IMG/VR virus record: IMGVR_UViG_3300018892_000001
Source of the DNA: an uncultured virus (IMG/VR IMGVR_UViG_3300018892_000001)
Lineage: Duplodnaviria; Heunggongvirae; Uroviricota; Caudoviricetes
Reading direction: 5' to 3' (one strand)
DNA: 64,000 bases
Position 1 is the stretch's first letter. Every line of letters starts with the position of its first letter. The position numbers were made by a program, and so were the translations under genes. The notes under the pieces are model-generated. The model saw nothing but the letters and a program-made list of their open reading frames with translations. It searched no databases and was not told where the DNA came from. Positions 1-15,000 of this stretch are shown here, piece by piece.

Positions 1-3000
1 AAAGTCTATCCAAGACGCGGGCGAAGATATTGACTCATTGGGAGAAGTGTCTCAGTCCAAACAAATCCAAGCCTTAAAAGGCATCTTTGGAACAACTGGG
101 ATATCCGGGGCATCGGCGGCACTAGGTCAAATCAAAGAATTAAATAGACTGGCGATCGCAACTCGTGCTAGTTCCACCAACACTGAGCAACTTACTCAAT
201 ACTTTACAGAACTTCGTGATATAAAAATGAAGCCGGGGCAGGATCTTTTTGCTGCGATTATCGAGCAAACCCCCAGCTATACAGAGGCGGTGCGTCAGAT
301 TGACGAGGCAAACCTCGCCCTGATGCAGGTGAACCTCAAAACACTTAATAGCTTGGATAGTGGTCGTCTAACAGACTACTTCCAGCAAGTTAAAGGGATT
401 AGTACTGCGCCTGGGCAAAGTCTATTTGCTGCGGTTGTAGAAAATGCCCCTGATACGCAAAATGCGCTCAACCAAGTCTCAACAGCAATGGAGCAATTGG
501 GAATTCAGGTTAAAGGGCAAGTTGGGGCAGCGCGGTTGATGGCTCAGGTTATGGAAAACAACCTCGCAGGTAGCTTCCGCTCTCTTGAGTCAGCACTAGA
601 AGCCGTACAGGTTAACTTTATTGAACCTCTGACCCCTTTAATTCGGCTGGCAATTGATGCCGCCACCCAGTTTGCTTTATTCCTCGCCAACCTTCCTGCC
701 CCCATCCGTACAACCATCAGTGTTGCGGCTGCGCTAACATTGGGTATGGGAGCGTTGGCGATCGCAATCGGTGCAGCCGGGGTCACGCTTTTTGGTTTTC
801 AGCAAGCTATGGCAGTAACGAACCTGGCGTCTTCCTCTTTGGCGGCAGGATTGATACCCCTTACTGGTTTCTTTGATACAGCGCAAAAAGCTATTGTTGC
901 AACAAATCCATTAGAAACTTTCTTCAAGCGTAACACCCAACTTGCTGGAGATTTTGAGAAAGCCGCCGCTGGGACATTTGACGAAACCATAGCAGGGATG
1001 AAGCTGTTAGGACGGCAGGCGATCCAAACCGGGAAAGCCTTCCTCGTCATGTCGAGATCCCTAATGCTCTCCCCGATTGGGTTGGGTATTGGTGGATTCT
1101 TGCTCCTAAATACAGTGCTAGAGCAGGTTGTCCCAGGTTTTAACTTACTGGGAACTGTACTCGGTGCGATCGCTGCTCCTTTCGGTTTTATATACGGCTT
1201 ACTTAAGGGCATCATCCACTCTTTCCTTGATCTTCTAGGCTTAACTGGATCTGGGGCGATGGGTACGATAGCCCCTGTATTTGGCACCATTACTAATGCA
1301 ATTGAACTTGCAGCTAAGTCATTTTCCCTGTTTGCCGAATCAGGGGAGCGGATTGGAGAGCGACTGGGAAAGGCAATTACACTCCCATTTGAATTAGCTG
1401 GGCAAGCTATTGGCTCCTCTTGGGATCGAACAATTAGCTTTATCCGAGGAATTCTACGTCCCTTTGCTGACTTTGTTCAGGGCATTGGGCAAATGTTAGT
1501 TGGGTTCCTCGCCGAAGCCTCACCAGGTCCCACTTTCTGGATACGAAAGAAGTGGGCGATGACAGTACACTTCTTGCAAGGACTATTTGAGCGCCTCAAG
1601 GTAGGTGCGATCGCCGTGGGACAGCAGTTATTAAATGCTTTTACTACTGTTCTCCCTCAACTCTCCAGTGCAATTTCCATTGCGACGGTATTTGCAGAAC
1701 TATCAGGGATTATTAACCCTGTACAAGGGTTAGCGATCGCAATTGGGAACACAATTTTTGGTGGCATTGTGGAGTCGATGGGTAAGTCACTAGATGAAGT
1801 GATCCCCATCTTTATTCGCCGCTTCTCCCTTGTTGCCGCGTTTGGTGGGTTCCTTGCTCAACGATTGAACTTCCTCCAGCCCCTGCAAGCTCAAATTATT
1901 GCCGGACTTGCGATTATTACAGGGCTTTCGACGTTTTACCTAAAAACGTTCAGTTTCGACATTGCAAGTATCTGGCATACTACTGTTCAAATTATCCAAG
2001 GGGACTTACAGGCATTGGCTGGGGTCGCTAAAAATGTTGGGCTTCTTTTAATTAGTTTTCTCGCCGAAGCCTCACCGGGACCTACCTATTGGATTCGCCG
2101 GAAGTGGGCGATGACGATAGAATTCCTCTCAAGCTTGTTTAAAAAAATTCGCTCCGCCGCAGTTCTTGTCAACCAAGCTTTCTTAGGGATTGGCGATGTC
2201 TCATCAGATCAAGGAATTGTTGCCCGCCAACAAATCCTTGAAGGTGTCGTTCTTAGCCTAGTCTCAGGCGTCAAGCTATTAGGCTCAGTTGCCACTGGAG
2301 TAGATTGGGCAATTACTCAGATTAACCAGTCGGTGGCTTCAGCCATTGACAATCTTGATCTCTTGGGATTTACCCTCCTCACCCTTTCTTCCCTGCCAAT
2401 GACCCTTATTGGGCAACTAGCTCAAGGATTTGAGGCGGTACTTCCCGAACTTGCCCTTTTTGTAGGAGTCGGACTCCCGCGAGCGATCGCCTACGCATTG
2501 CCAGGAGCAGTCGCGATTGCAATGAGTACAGGACTCATTCAAGGGCTAGAGAAGGGCTTTGCCACTTTTGTTGCTGGGATGACGGAACGCTCCAAAGTTG
2601 CGTCACAACAATTGTCTCAGATGTTCGATGCCAACTTGAAGCAGGCAATCAACCGAGGACTATCAGAAGGCGTGACAACGTTTGTCCGAAATCTTCCTAG
2701 TGTCTTTCCCGGCATGGAAGATTACCAGTTTACGTTTGATTTTGATCAAGCGTATGCCGATTATGAAAGTCAACGAGAAGCGCGAGTTCAGGCAATTACC
2801 TCTTATTTACAGGAAGTAGGAGTTGTAGCCAACCAGGTAGGGCAACAGCTTCAAGCAGCACTAGCTCCCTTGCTCTCATTTCGGATTGGGGACATATTCC
2901 CCGCTCTTAGCTTCCTTCCTCCCTTAATCCCCCTAGTTACCGCCATTGTCCCTGCTTTTCAATCTCTATCGCAGGTTGTCCAGTCCCCGGCTGTACAGGG

Positions 3001-6000
3001 AATTGTTAATTTCTTAACCGGAACTGTCCTCCCAACGGCATTACAAACATTGCGTGCGATCGCTTCGACGGTTGGTTTGGTTTTTAATGCTTTTATTTCA
3101 CTCCCCCTAACTGCTGCACTGATCGTAATTACTCGTCCCATTGTTTCTGCCTACCGAGAACTCCTGGCATTTCTCCCGCAGATTCCTGGGATACTCGGAC
3201 GAGCGATTGTTCAACTTGCCCGAACAGCCGCTACAGCCGTGGCTAATTTACTTGCGCGAATTCCCTATATTGGGGAGACCGTCTCTCGTGCATTCTTGGG
3301 AACCGTAGAATTCTTGATTGCAGTCACTCCGGTATATTTCCGACTACTGAGAGGACTATTTGAACGCTATTTCTTGAAGACAATTCGCCCATTACTTACT
3401 AGGTTCCAGCAACTATTTGGTCAAGTTGCCCAAGGGATTGTTTACGCCTTAGAAAGGGGATTTAAACCATTAGGTACACTGCTATTCCGAGCGCTTAATC
3501 CAATGAGCGCTTTCAAGCTAATTGGGACATACATCCGTACCAAGGGCTTCGCCGGACTGTTTAAACCTGGGTTGTTCATGCTCAACCCATTTGACTTATT
3601 CTTTGGGGGAATTCCAGGGATCTCTTGGGCAGTTAGAACAGCCGCGACAGCGTTCTATCGCATACCCTTCCCCGCCGGAATAATCGATAAGAAATCGCGA
3701 GAATTATTTCAAATCTTTGCAGGCTCAGAAGCCTTCCTGGAAGCAGAGCTTAAATCCCGACGACTAGGGCGAACCATGCTCGTCTCGATAGAAGATATCT
3801 TGAAAACTCAGCCAGCGATTGGTCGCTTCCTAATACAAATCCTCCGAGGGGTGTTAATGATCAACCCTCTCGTCCAAATCATTGGTCGTATTGCCCTAAC
3901 TACAATGTTTTGGTACTCGGCATTGAAGCCGATTACACCGGAGATGTTTGAGGCGATCGCTGCGACAAAGATGCTGGGGCTTTCCCTTTCTCCAGTCGCA
4001 AGTATCCTCAAGGGAATGCGCTTCGTGTTTGTTGACATGAACGAAGCCTTTATGAGGTTTGCTCGTGGCATTATCCCTTTCATGCGCGGAGTACAGAACT
4101 TCTTTAATGTCTTAGGAACAATTACAGGCGTAGTTGTCCACGAGACTGCCGGAATTACAAGTATCCTCTTAAACTTATTTAAAGCCACATTCGGAAACCT
4201 AGGCTTACTTGTCGCTATTGGTTTTGCTGGCGCGATTGATGCAACGTTAATTGGATTCCGAGCGATCGCCCAACTAGCACGTCTTAAAACTGAGCAGTAT
4301 GGGGATGCTTTAGTTGCCCTATTTCAGGGAAATATTGGTCCACTACTTGGACAGATTGCTAGCGACGTAATGGGTGTCGTTGGGTTTATATTCGAGCAAA
4401 CTATTGTGCGGGTTACGAAGGTAGCACTTAGCCTTGCCTCTACTGTGGGCGGTGCGATTCGAGCGACATTCCAAGAAATTGTCCGATTTATCCGTGACCC
4501 GTGGAATGAAAGTATCCGCCTCCTTAACTTGCTTGATGCTGCGGTAGATCGCGTACTAGGGAATATTGCAAGGACGATTAACGTCTACATCCAGCAACTT
4601 CAGCTCGACAGGCTTGCCCGTTTCCTCTCTCATTACTGGGTACAGATTGCGGCGATCGCAGACGTTCTCCTCGCCGTATATGGGGTGCTTAATCCCATGC
4701 AGGCGGCAATCTCTGGACTGATTGGGTTAGGGTTATTTCTAATTCAGGAGTACCGGACAGGCTTCCAAAACCTAGATGCGTTGATTCAAGGATTGGCGCA
4801 TCCCATTGAGCTTATTACCAATGCCATTAAAGCAATGGTGGCGGCGCTGGGCATCTATATCCCACCGGATCTAACCAACATCATTGCTAATGTTACAGAG
4901 CAATTTATTAAATCCCTTCCGATTATTACAGGGGGAGTATTCCTGATTGCCCTGCTCATCAAACGCAACATCGGCGAGGCATTTAGCACTGTGACAGGTG
5001 GGGTAATGAAGATCGTCGGGGGACTGATGCAGGCGGTAGATGCGACACGAGTTTTTGGGGGTGCAATTTCCGACGTAGCACAAAGTCCTAAGGTACAAGC
5101 AAAGGTTGGCTCTCAAGTCCACAAAGTCCGTCGGCAAGAATCTGTGTTGGGCGTCCGCAATCCATTCGCCTATTCCCAAAATGAAGATCAACAGAGAAGA
5201 GCCGTTGCGCTTGGGGATGAGCGGGTGGCAAAGAGTCGGGCAGCCCTACGGTATCAGGATGAGATCAACAAGAGCCTACAGAAGATTGTTAAGGAGGAAG
5301 AGGAAGAAATTAAGCGGTTGGCGCGATCGCGCAATGCTCGTGACCAAATCATGGCATTTGGAGGAAAGCTCCAGCGCCCCGATGGCTTCTCTTATGAAGT
5401 AGCGCCCTTACTAGAGAAGAAGAAGGGGCTGCTTGGATTAAATCGGCTGGAGTTGAGCGAGACAGGCAAAGCTGCGGTTGCAGATCAAGCAAGGAGAAGA
5501 ATTACGTCTCCAGACTCCGAGTCTGCTATGGGGACTCGAATGCAGGCAGCAAGAAGATCTGGATTAAGAGCCGCATTTGAAAGACACAGTGGAGAGCCTA
5601 TTCCAGATGACGTTCTCAGGAAACTAGCGCAGCAGGGAGATTACGGCATCACCAATCTCATGGGAGCCTTCCAGAAGGCGATGGAAAATCTTCATGTTAA
5701 AGATTTCCAAGTTAACAAGTTGTACGTTGCCGAATTTAATCGACCCCAAAATTTCCCAACCCAAACACCTATCGACTCAAACGCTTTTGATATCCAACTC
5801 AATAGGTTTCGATCGAATCCTATTCATGCCAACAAAGAAATTATCAAAAAAGCTAAAACTGCTTCAGAAATTCAAATTGAGATTGACCAAGCTACTACCA
5901 CTGGGGATACAAGCTATGCAAATTTGATTGGCAAGTTTAAACAAAGACTTGAAAAGATGTTTGAGGTTCCTGCTGGGAATTCGGCTATTGTAAGCTCTAA

Positions 6001-9000
6001 TGTTATTGAGGAACACGCAAAGACGCTATCCGCTAAATTCAATTTAAGTGAAGAGGAATACCAAAAAGCAAGAAAAGCTGTTATCACTGACTTGCTTCAG
6101 AGACAGGCAAAATCTATTGGCAAGACTGTAACTGACTTCAATGATTTTGAAGAGGCGAATATTGAAGCCCTGAAGCAAGCTAACCGAAGAGTTGAAGGTT
6201 TTCATCCCATCGCGACAAATACTGATGTCTTAGCTCAAGCGGTTCGCAATATAGCAGGGCAAACGCAAGCAGAAGTAGATCAACTTAATCAAACTAGGCG
6301 CTCCTTTTTTAGTAGCCTATTTGGCTTCACTGGAGTTCCTCAACTCATTGAAAATTTCCAGTACAATCGTCGCCTCTTCCGTCGTAGTCAACAAATTTCG
6401 CGACGGGTTGAGGAAATGGCGAGGCAAGAGTCAAAAGACAAAGCATCAGCACAGGCAGCGCGGCAAAGGGGACTAGAGGCGCTGATGTCTAGATCTGGTT
6501 CTGGCTATGACTTCCACACTCAATCCGCACAATTTTATGCCTCCAAACAAATCAACGCCCAAGAACAGGCATTCATTGAATCTTGGGTAAAAAATCGTAG
6601 CTTCAAAGTTGACATTACTCAACACCAAGCTTTCCGCCCAGAAGTTGACAAGATAATTGATAGATTTAAGCAACTTTCAACCAATTTAACTTTAAATACT
6701 GTTGATGACGTTAAAAAGTTCCGACAGACACTTAATGATGTATCTACACAGATACAAACACAACTATCAAAAGACGAACAAACTGCTCTTAAAAAGCTAG
6801 AGCAATACCTCCTACACGGAGCATCTGAAGCTCCGAAAGGAGGTCAACTATCTTTTGGTGAGCGAGATTCTATCCTCGCGGCAATTAACAAAAGTATTGC
6901 CAATAATAAAGGAGCCTTCGGCATAACAGGAGATCACAAGGATATCTCCAAGGCAAGTTTCAAGAAGTTATATGACCAAAATGAGGTCGCCATAAACCGC
7001 ATCATTTCACAGTTCGCAGCAACGGGTGAATTCGTTGCCAAAATTGGGGGCAAAAATGAGTATATCGAAGGGGCGTATAAAGAGATAGAGAGAAAGCTTG
7101 GACTAGGAGGAGGTGGAAAGGGAAGTTCACTACGACGGATTCAAGACATTAAGTTCAGTAATACGATTCGTCAACTAGGCATTAATTTTGGACTCTTTGT
7201 TCAAAGCATCGAAGAGAATGTTGCAGAGTTTCGGGAGCGGATTTATAGAGGACTGGATAGCTTTGAAGGTTGGCTTGAATCCCATCTCCGTTTCCCCAGC
7301 CTAGCTACTGGAATTGTTGATCTCATTCGTCGTCCATTTGAGTTCCTCTCAAACAATATAGAAGCTATCTATACAGCACAGAAGATAAATATCCAAAATA
7401 TGGCAAATCAGATTAGGGCTGATTTTGTCGGGTCTAATGTTGTCAGCCGAATTAATAACCTTAATCAGAAATATAAAGAAGCAAGAGAAGCCTCACTTCA
7501 GACTATCCTGCAATCCTCCAGGGATGAACGAATAGCTAAACTGGGTCGAAAGAATGCTTTCCAAGGGGCACAGCTAGGTCCTGTGTGGGAAGAGTTAAAG
7601 AAACGGCAACTTAGTCAAGCTCAGTCCGGTCAAACTGTAAGCGCATTGATGCGTGGGGGAATGAGCGAACAAGCTGTTCGTTCCATGTTAGACAGGGAAC
7701 TGCGACGACAGGGACTTTCTAGGGATCAGGTTACAACCGAGATAGATAAGGTTCTTGCTAGCCTTGGGAATCAAGCTCGCTATTCAGTGGGCGACATCTT
7801 GAAGATGCGAGGCATTGATGCAACTAAGGTCTCCAAGGCGCTTGAGTCTGCTCTTTCACTAGAAGCTAAGGCAGTAGAGCAAATCCTCAAGAACCCAAAC
7901 TATACGGCGCGAGCTGTGGGTCCATTCCAGCTCTTTATGGTTCGTGACATAGTTGGCATTCTAGGCGACACCTTCCGAGGAATTGGAGGTACGATGGTGC
8001 GTCTTGTTCGCCCTGTTGCAAAAGATGTAACAGCGGCATTTGGTAGTAATGTGTTGACTCGTATCGCTAATGTGACCCGTGAAATTAATAAATTCTTAGA
8101 GATTGGAGCATCTCGATTAGAAGTAGGAATTATTAAAGTTGTTGGGCGAAACCCGTTAAGTCGGGCAATTAATCGCTTTGCGAGTAGCCTTGGTGGACAG
8201 ACAGATCTACTAGCTCGGTTTTTTGACAAACAAGCTGGTATTGTTGCCGATCAAGCTCCTAAAACCTTTACGGTTCGGATTGTTAATGCCGTTCAGTCCA
8301 TCTACAAAGCTGTTTCAGATAATCTTACAAAAGCTTATAACTACGTTCAAGCTCAAAAAGGCATCCTTCCTGCGATCGCACGGCTTATGGGAGGCGTTCG
8401 AGATTTCTTCAAGGGATTGTTCCGTAACAAAGAACTTGAAAAAGTTCAACAACAGATTAGTCAACAACGAAGGGCGTTTGAATCTAACGATCCAAGAAAG
8501 TTCAAGGGTGAAGAGCAGCAAGCAAGAGCAGCTTCCCGTCGTCGAAGGATAGCCGAACAACTTCCGGCATTAGAAGAGAAACGCAGGCTCTTAGCACGTA
8601 ATCCAGTCCAGAAAATGGCTGATTATGTAAGCTCTAAAAAGCTTCCAGAGAGAGGATTTAATCGGATAGGACAAACCTTTGAAGGGATGAGTAGTCGCCT
8701 CTCTGAGTTCGCCACGGTTCTCCGTGATAAGCGAGTAAAAGCAGAGGAAAAGCGCCGAGGCGGGGTTTACGATCCAGACTTATATGATCGCGTTTCGCCA
8801 AGAGGTCAAAGACGCGGGGCAAGTGGGCTGGGACAAACGATGTCGCCCCAAAACAACGACCAAATGGGAGGCGTCCGACCAAGAGAAGGGATGCGATACA
8901 TAGGGCGAGGGATTGTAGGTGCAACACAAGACATCCTGCCCTTGACCACCAAGATATTTTCCGACTTGCTCTCGGCTGGAGCTAAAACAAGCGATCGCCT

Positions 9001-12000
9001 GGGACAATTCTTCCGAGGAGCGGCGCTAAAAGTTCAAGGGGCATGGTGGCAATCGGCGACCGACATCATGGGACGTAGTTGGCGAGCAATGGTTACAGCA
9101 GCAAAAGGAGTCGGAAGCTTCATTATTGCCCGATTAAATCATGGAAGTGCCGACGTAACGGCAGCAGCCTGGGATCGCACTCAGCATTCAGTTTCCCAGG
9201 ATATGCAACAGATGGCTGAAACTGCTCAAGCCACTGGACAACATATTAGCGGAAGCATGGAGCAATCGGCAACCCGCTCCGTTGGGTTCTTTTCTCAACT
9301 AGGAAACAGCATTGGCAGAGTCGGCAAAGCCGGGATGGCGATTGGAGGAGCAGTTACAGGCATAGGTTTCGGAGCGCAGACAGCCGTATACTCCCTCTCT
9401 ACAATGGGATTTGTTAGCGAGGATACATCCGAGAAACTTCGCAAATTCTTTGAAATCTTCACTCTTTTTGGTGCCGTAGGCGGAATAGTTACTCCGCTCT
9501 TTGCCGCAGTAGCATCTTCTTTGGGAGCCATTGGCGCGATCGCCGGAACAGTCGGCACAGCAATTGTCGGGGTTGGCGGTGCGATCGCTTCTGTTGTTGG
9601 ACTAGGAAGTGTCGCCTTCGCCCCAATTATTTTAGGTATTGCAGCCGTTGGGCTTGCATTTGCTGGATTGTACTTAGCGATTAAATCCAACTTCCTCGGA
9701 ATTGGCAATATACTTACTACCCCTATCCATTGGATCGAGGCAGCATGGCAGGGATTCGTAGATCGATTTGGGGCAAGGTTGATGCCAATCATTCAACCTG
9801 CATTGAATGTCGCACAGGGTTTAATCAACGCATTGAACCATAACCCCACCCTCCGCATTCCAGAAGCTTGGGAGGCTATGAAGGAAAGAATCGGGGCTGT
9901 ATTTAACTGGATGTCTTCAACAGCCGGGGCAATTGGCAATGCGATCGTTGGATTCTTTAGCCCTATCGGTAAATTATTCTCACACGGCGGAGTACGCGAA
10001 CAGCCAGTAATTCAACCCCGCGAAAATAGCATTCAACAACTTGGACATAAAGTTCAAGAATCAACCTCAGTAGTCACTGAAAGAGCAAGTGGCTTAGGTC
10101 GTGCGGTTAATGATCTAGCTGCCAAAACCCTTGTTGATATCCTGGCAAAAATAACATTACTTGTCGGAGGAATAGTTCTATTTCGCCAACAAGTTGGGAA
10201 AGATATTGCCAATCTGGGCGCTCAGGTCGTATCGAGCCGCAGTATGCCTTCTTCTTTGATTAATGCGATTGGCGTAAGTGTTTTGGCTAAAACTTTTGCT
10301 ACCTCACTTGGTATAGCCAAGATCGTTAGGGGCGTCACATCTCTAGGTAAAATATCCGAAGATCTGCTTAAGCCAATCCAGAAGTTAGCTTCAAACATAG
10401 GACTGAAAGCTAATACGACAGGAAGACGACCCCAAACCGCACTAGAGTTAACATCCGGAACACTCAAGGGACTAGGAAAACTAGGGGACAAACTTCGACC
10501 TATTGCTGGATACATACCAGCGATTGCACTCGCTGCACCTGATGTAGCAATGTTAGGAAGCGGACTTATTGGATTAAGCTATGCCTTTAGCGAATTTCCT
10601 GTCTTCCTGTTAAAGTTCAAGTCACTTCTTATGTTGGCTGGTGGCTTTGCCTCTGCGATCTCTGGGGTTGTGCTCTTACTGGAATTGGCAACCAAACAGA
10701 CAAATGTACTAGGAGTGCTTGTTGGTAGTCTAGTATTCGTTGTTAAAGCTTTTGCCGGAGTATTCAAGGGCTTTCAGAAAGCTTTTGCTGAAATTTCAAA
10801 CCCCCTGAAAGCCTACTACGATGACTTTATCGCCACAGTCCAAAGGATGGGTAAAGCGGGCGATGATTTTGGACAAAAACTTGGATACGGGCTAGCTCAA
10901 GCTCTAATTTATCCTTTAAACTTTATTTACCAAGCTTGGCAGGGTTTAGTAGACTGGTTCGCACGACTCCCTTTGGTATCACACGCACTAAATATAGGGC
11001 AAGGGTTGGTAAATGCTCTGAACCACGGCGCGGCGGACGTTACAGCCGATGCTTGGGAGTCTACTGAGCAGCGAGTAGGAGGAGTTTTTGGTTCCTTGGC
11101 GTCAGCCGCAAGTGGTATCGGCAATACAATCGCTGGGGCTTTCAAGCCAAGACCTCAAAAGAATAAAGTATTGCAACCCCAAAGTCAAGTAGAAGAGAAC
11201 CCGGAGTCTCTTGGCTCTGGAATCATTAAGAATGCAACAGTAGCCATAGCATTTCTGCGCGACAAAATTACAGCTCTTATTAAGTCAATCGGGCTATTAA
11301 ATACAAAGGTTGACTATCAGTCTCAATTGCTAAAACATCAGCTTCGACTACAACAAGTCAATTTAGTTCGTTCTAGTTGGGGTATTTTAACGAATCGAGA
11401 GAGGAATAGTAACTTATCTGGACGCGCCTCCAATTTGCCGTGGGTGCAAAGGCGTCAAGCTCAAGTGCGAGGAATTGGTGGGCTTAAAGAGGCGGCAGAA
11501 AACCCGCGTCTGCGGCGACTTAAGCAGTTAGGAGGACTGGTTGGGGAGTTAACTGGACTAAAAGGGGGAGCGATCGCTTCCTTGCTAACAGGTATTACCT
11601 CGATCAGTGGGGCGTTAGGTTTACTTGTCCTAGCATTCTCTACTGACTTTTTAGAAATCCGAACTAAGACCGTTAAGCTTGCCCAATCTATGCAGGGTGC
11701 ATTCAAGGGGGCAATTGACTGGATTACAGGAGCTTGGACTGGCTTTAGCAATTGGTTTGGAAAGATGCCTTTAGTTCGCCAAGCCCTTGCAATTGCTCAA
11801 GGTTTAATCAACTCATTGAACCATTTCCCAACGGTCAAGATTCCAGAAGCGTGGGAAGAAGCAGGCAGGCGGATTGTCGGACAATTCCATTATTGGCTAA
11901 ATGTTGCTAAATGGGTAGGGGTTGCCATTGCGGGCACCCTGATTACGGCATTAACTGCAATTGCTGCGGCGACAAATCCGGTAATGGCTGCAATCACGGG

Positions 12001-15000
12001 ATTTACTTTAGGAATAAGCGCACTAGCTTTCTTTTCCTCAAAGATACTAGCAGGATTTGGTGCTGTTCTTGACTGGTTTGGGAATCGCATTCTTGCCTTA
12101 GATGTCAAGTTTGCTTCGGTAAACATAGGTGCTATAGCAGGACCATTGTTTGGCTTAAGCACCATATTCGCCACCGTAACTACCGCAGGAACCCTACTGG
12201 CAGCGGTTCTAACAGCACCTGTATTTGCCCCTTGGATTGCTGGAGCTACAGCACTAGGAGGAGCGATCGCCGGAGCCTTGTTCTTGTGGCAGCGTTTCAG
12301 AAAGCAATCTGAGATACCTCCGTCCGTAGAACAACCGACTCCCACCCCAGGATTTAGAGAACGAGTGGGGCAGAAGGCTCAGGGAGTCCGAGATGCGATT
12401 GTTGAGCAAGGTGTAAGGGCTAAAAATGCTGGAATAGGTGCGGCTAATGCAGTTGTGGAGCAAGCTACGAAGGTTAAAGATGCTGGAGTAGGTGCGGCTA
12501 ATACAGTGGCTCAACAATACCAGTTGTTCGCTTCGGCTGCGGCTGACGTAAGCTCTATTCGTCAAAGCTTACAGGCGAGTTCTTCTCTAGGAGATCTAAA
12601 CAGCAGCTATCTGTCTAAAATTGTTGATTTAATTCAAAATCTTGTTGATTTTAACAAGCCGAAACCTAGTCCGGAGCCACCTCCAATGGTTACAGGACAG
12701 TCGCTTATCGTTGGCTCCGGAGAAGTTAATAACCCGAATGCTATCCAGAACAAAGTAGGGGGGATCGGTGCGGCTATTCAAGATACTGTTTTGGGTCAAA
12801 ACGCTTTTGGAAAACTTCTTTTAAGTCCTATTGCCAGAGCGCCGTTAGATGCAATGGGATTAAAAGATACCCAGAAACGGATCACAAAGGAAAGAGAGCG
12901 TGAGCGAATCAGGCAATCATTAGGACAACAGAAAACTGGTGTCCAATCCTCACTACCTGGTCCCCTGGGATTATTTAGCAAAAAGGATGAGTTTCAAGAA
13001 GCAATTCAATCCCAACTTCAGGGGCAAGAACTGAAATTAGCCGAAAAAGTAATTAGTGGAGCGCAAAGCTCTAGCGCCCTTGTCCGAGATCAATACAAGG
13101 GTTTGGTCACGACGATCACTCAAAACGGACAAGAGCAAGTTGTCCTAAATGAAAAAGGGCAAAATTACTTAGAAGGACAACTTGCAGGACTCATTAAGCA
13201 GCAAACAGGATCGTTCTCTGAAAAAGAATTGGCAGTTACGGCTCAGAAAGCGGGATTCAAAGGAACTCCCGAACAATTAAGGCAAGCTGCCTTGGAGGGA
13301 CTAAGAGGGAAAGATAAGGATCAGTTGTCCGCTCTAGAGCAAGCCGCAGGCACACTTCCTGGGACGAAGGTTGATTACCAGGAACTTGCTAGCGACAGTT
13401 TGTCACGGTTAGTTGAAATCGCCCAGAACATCTTCACTTGTGTTGACTACATCGCTGCCCTTCTACAACCAAAATCCAAGGTTCCTAAGTCTCTAGCTTC
13501 AGGGGCATCAATTCCCGTTGATTTCCAACCTACTCCACCTTCTCCTCCAGCAGAGCCAAGTCTTGTATCTAAGGCGGGAGATGCAATCAATAACACGTTA
13601 TCCTCTCTCGGTGTCCACGCCAAGACGCCACTCAGTACCGGGGCAGCAGGAGCTGAATCAATAACAGAGGTTCTAACTCGACTTCGTAATTCTCTGTCAA
13701 CGACCAAAGAGCCAGTAGAATACACCTCTATTCAAAAACGTATTGGGCAGTTGTTCGCTGGCAAGTTTGAGCAACCCAAAGGAGTCCAGGCTCGCCTTTC
13801 AGATCAAGTAGGCAAGCCCCAGCCCACTGCCCAAGGCATAGATGCTGACCCATCAAAGGCATTGGCGTTTGCCGCTCAAAATACGACACAAGCTTGGAAT
13901 AATACCACTACGGCGATCGCGTCCAACATTGATTCCTTAGTTAGTACGTCTGCCGACCAAGGTTACGAATTACAAAAAGCAGTATCCGAGGGTTCTCCAG
14001 GACCTACTTATTGGATTCGAGAACACTGGAGTAAAACAGTCGAGGCGATTAAGGGATGGATGCATGGATTAGGCAGTACATCCCAGAAGGTTGGGGAAGC
14101 AGTAACCCAATCCCTAACCCCCCAGGAGATGGTTCAAAAGGCGAAAGAAGGTATCCAACAAGTCGGGAAAAGTTTGCTTATTTTGGGGGGAGACATTGGA
14201 GACTTTATTCGTAGGGCAACAGTCGCGACACTGACTCTTAACTTCTTCGAGCTAGGAGATGCCGTTGGCGACCTTGGTGGAAATTTTGGCTACTTTGCTC
14301 AAGGAGTAATGACTGGCTTTGGGCAGATGGGCAAGAGTGCGATCGCCTTCTGGTTGATGGCAATGAGTTGGGCAACGCCCTTCTTTGTAATCCTAGGAGG
14401 AGTTACTTTTGTCACTGCCGTCTTGGTTGCGAACTTCTTGGGGCTACGGACTATTCTTGGTGGAGTGATCCGGATTGGAATTGGGGCAGGACAAATCCTG
14501 ATTGCGGTCTTGGGAGGCTTGGGGAATACGGTTAAGTCCCTTGGCAAGATTGCCCTTGGTGTATTTAAAGCACTCAGGGGAGACTTCTCACTACTTGACG
14601 AGGGAATTGCTCAACTAAAAGCCAGTTTCACCCAAATGAAAGCGGGCGTAGTTCGGGGGCTTAAGACGATTGGGCGAGGCATTCGGCAGATCTTTACTGG
14701 GATTGATCAAGGAATCCAGCAGGTATTCCCCTCGTTTAAGGGTGTTATCCACTACGTTCAGGCTATTTCCTCGGCATTAAAAAATCCAGAAGCTGCCGCA
14801 CGGATGCTGGCGCAAGGGATTGTCCGAGTTGCGCGACAAATTGGAGACACCATCCAAACTATTCCTGGATTCGTAGCGCGTGGGGTACAGAAGGCGTTTA
14901 AGTGGGTGAAGGACGGTGCTAATGCCGTACTCAAAAAAGGACAGCAGGTTGTTGCTTACTTCAGCGGGTTGTCGTTTTCAGAGGTAGGCGATCGCTTCGT

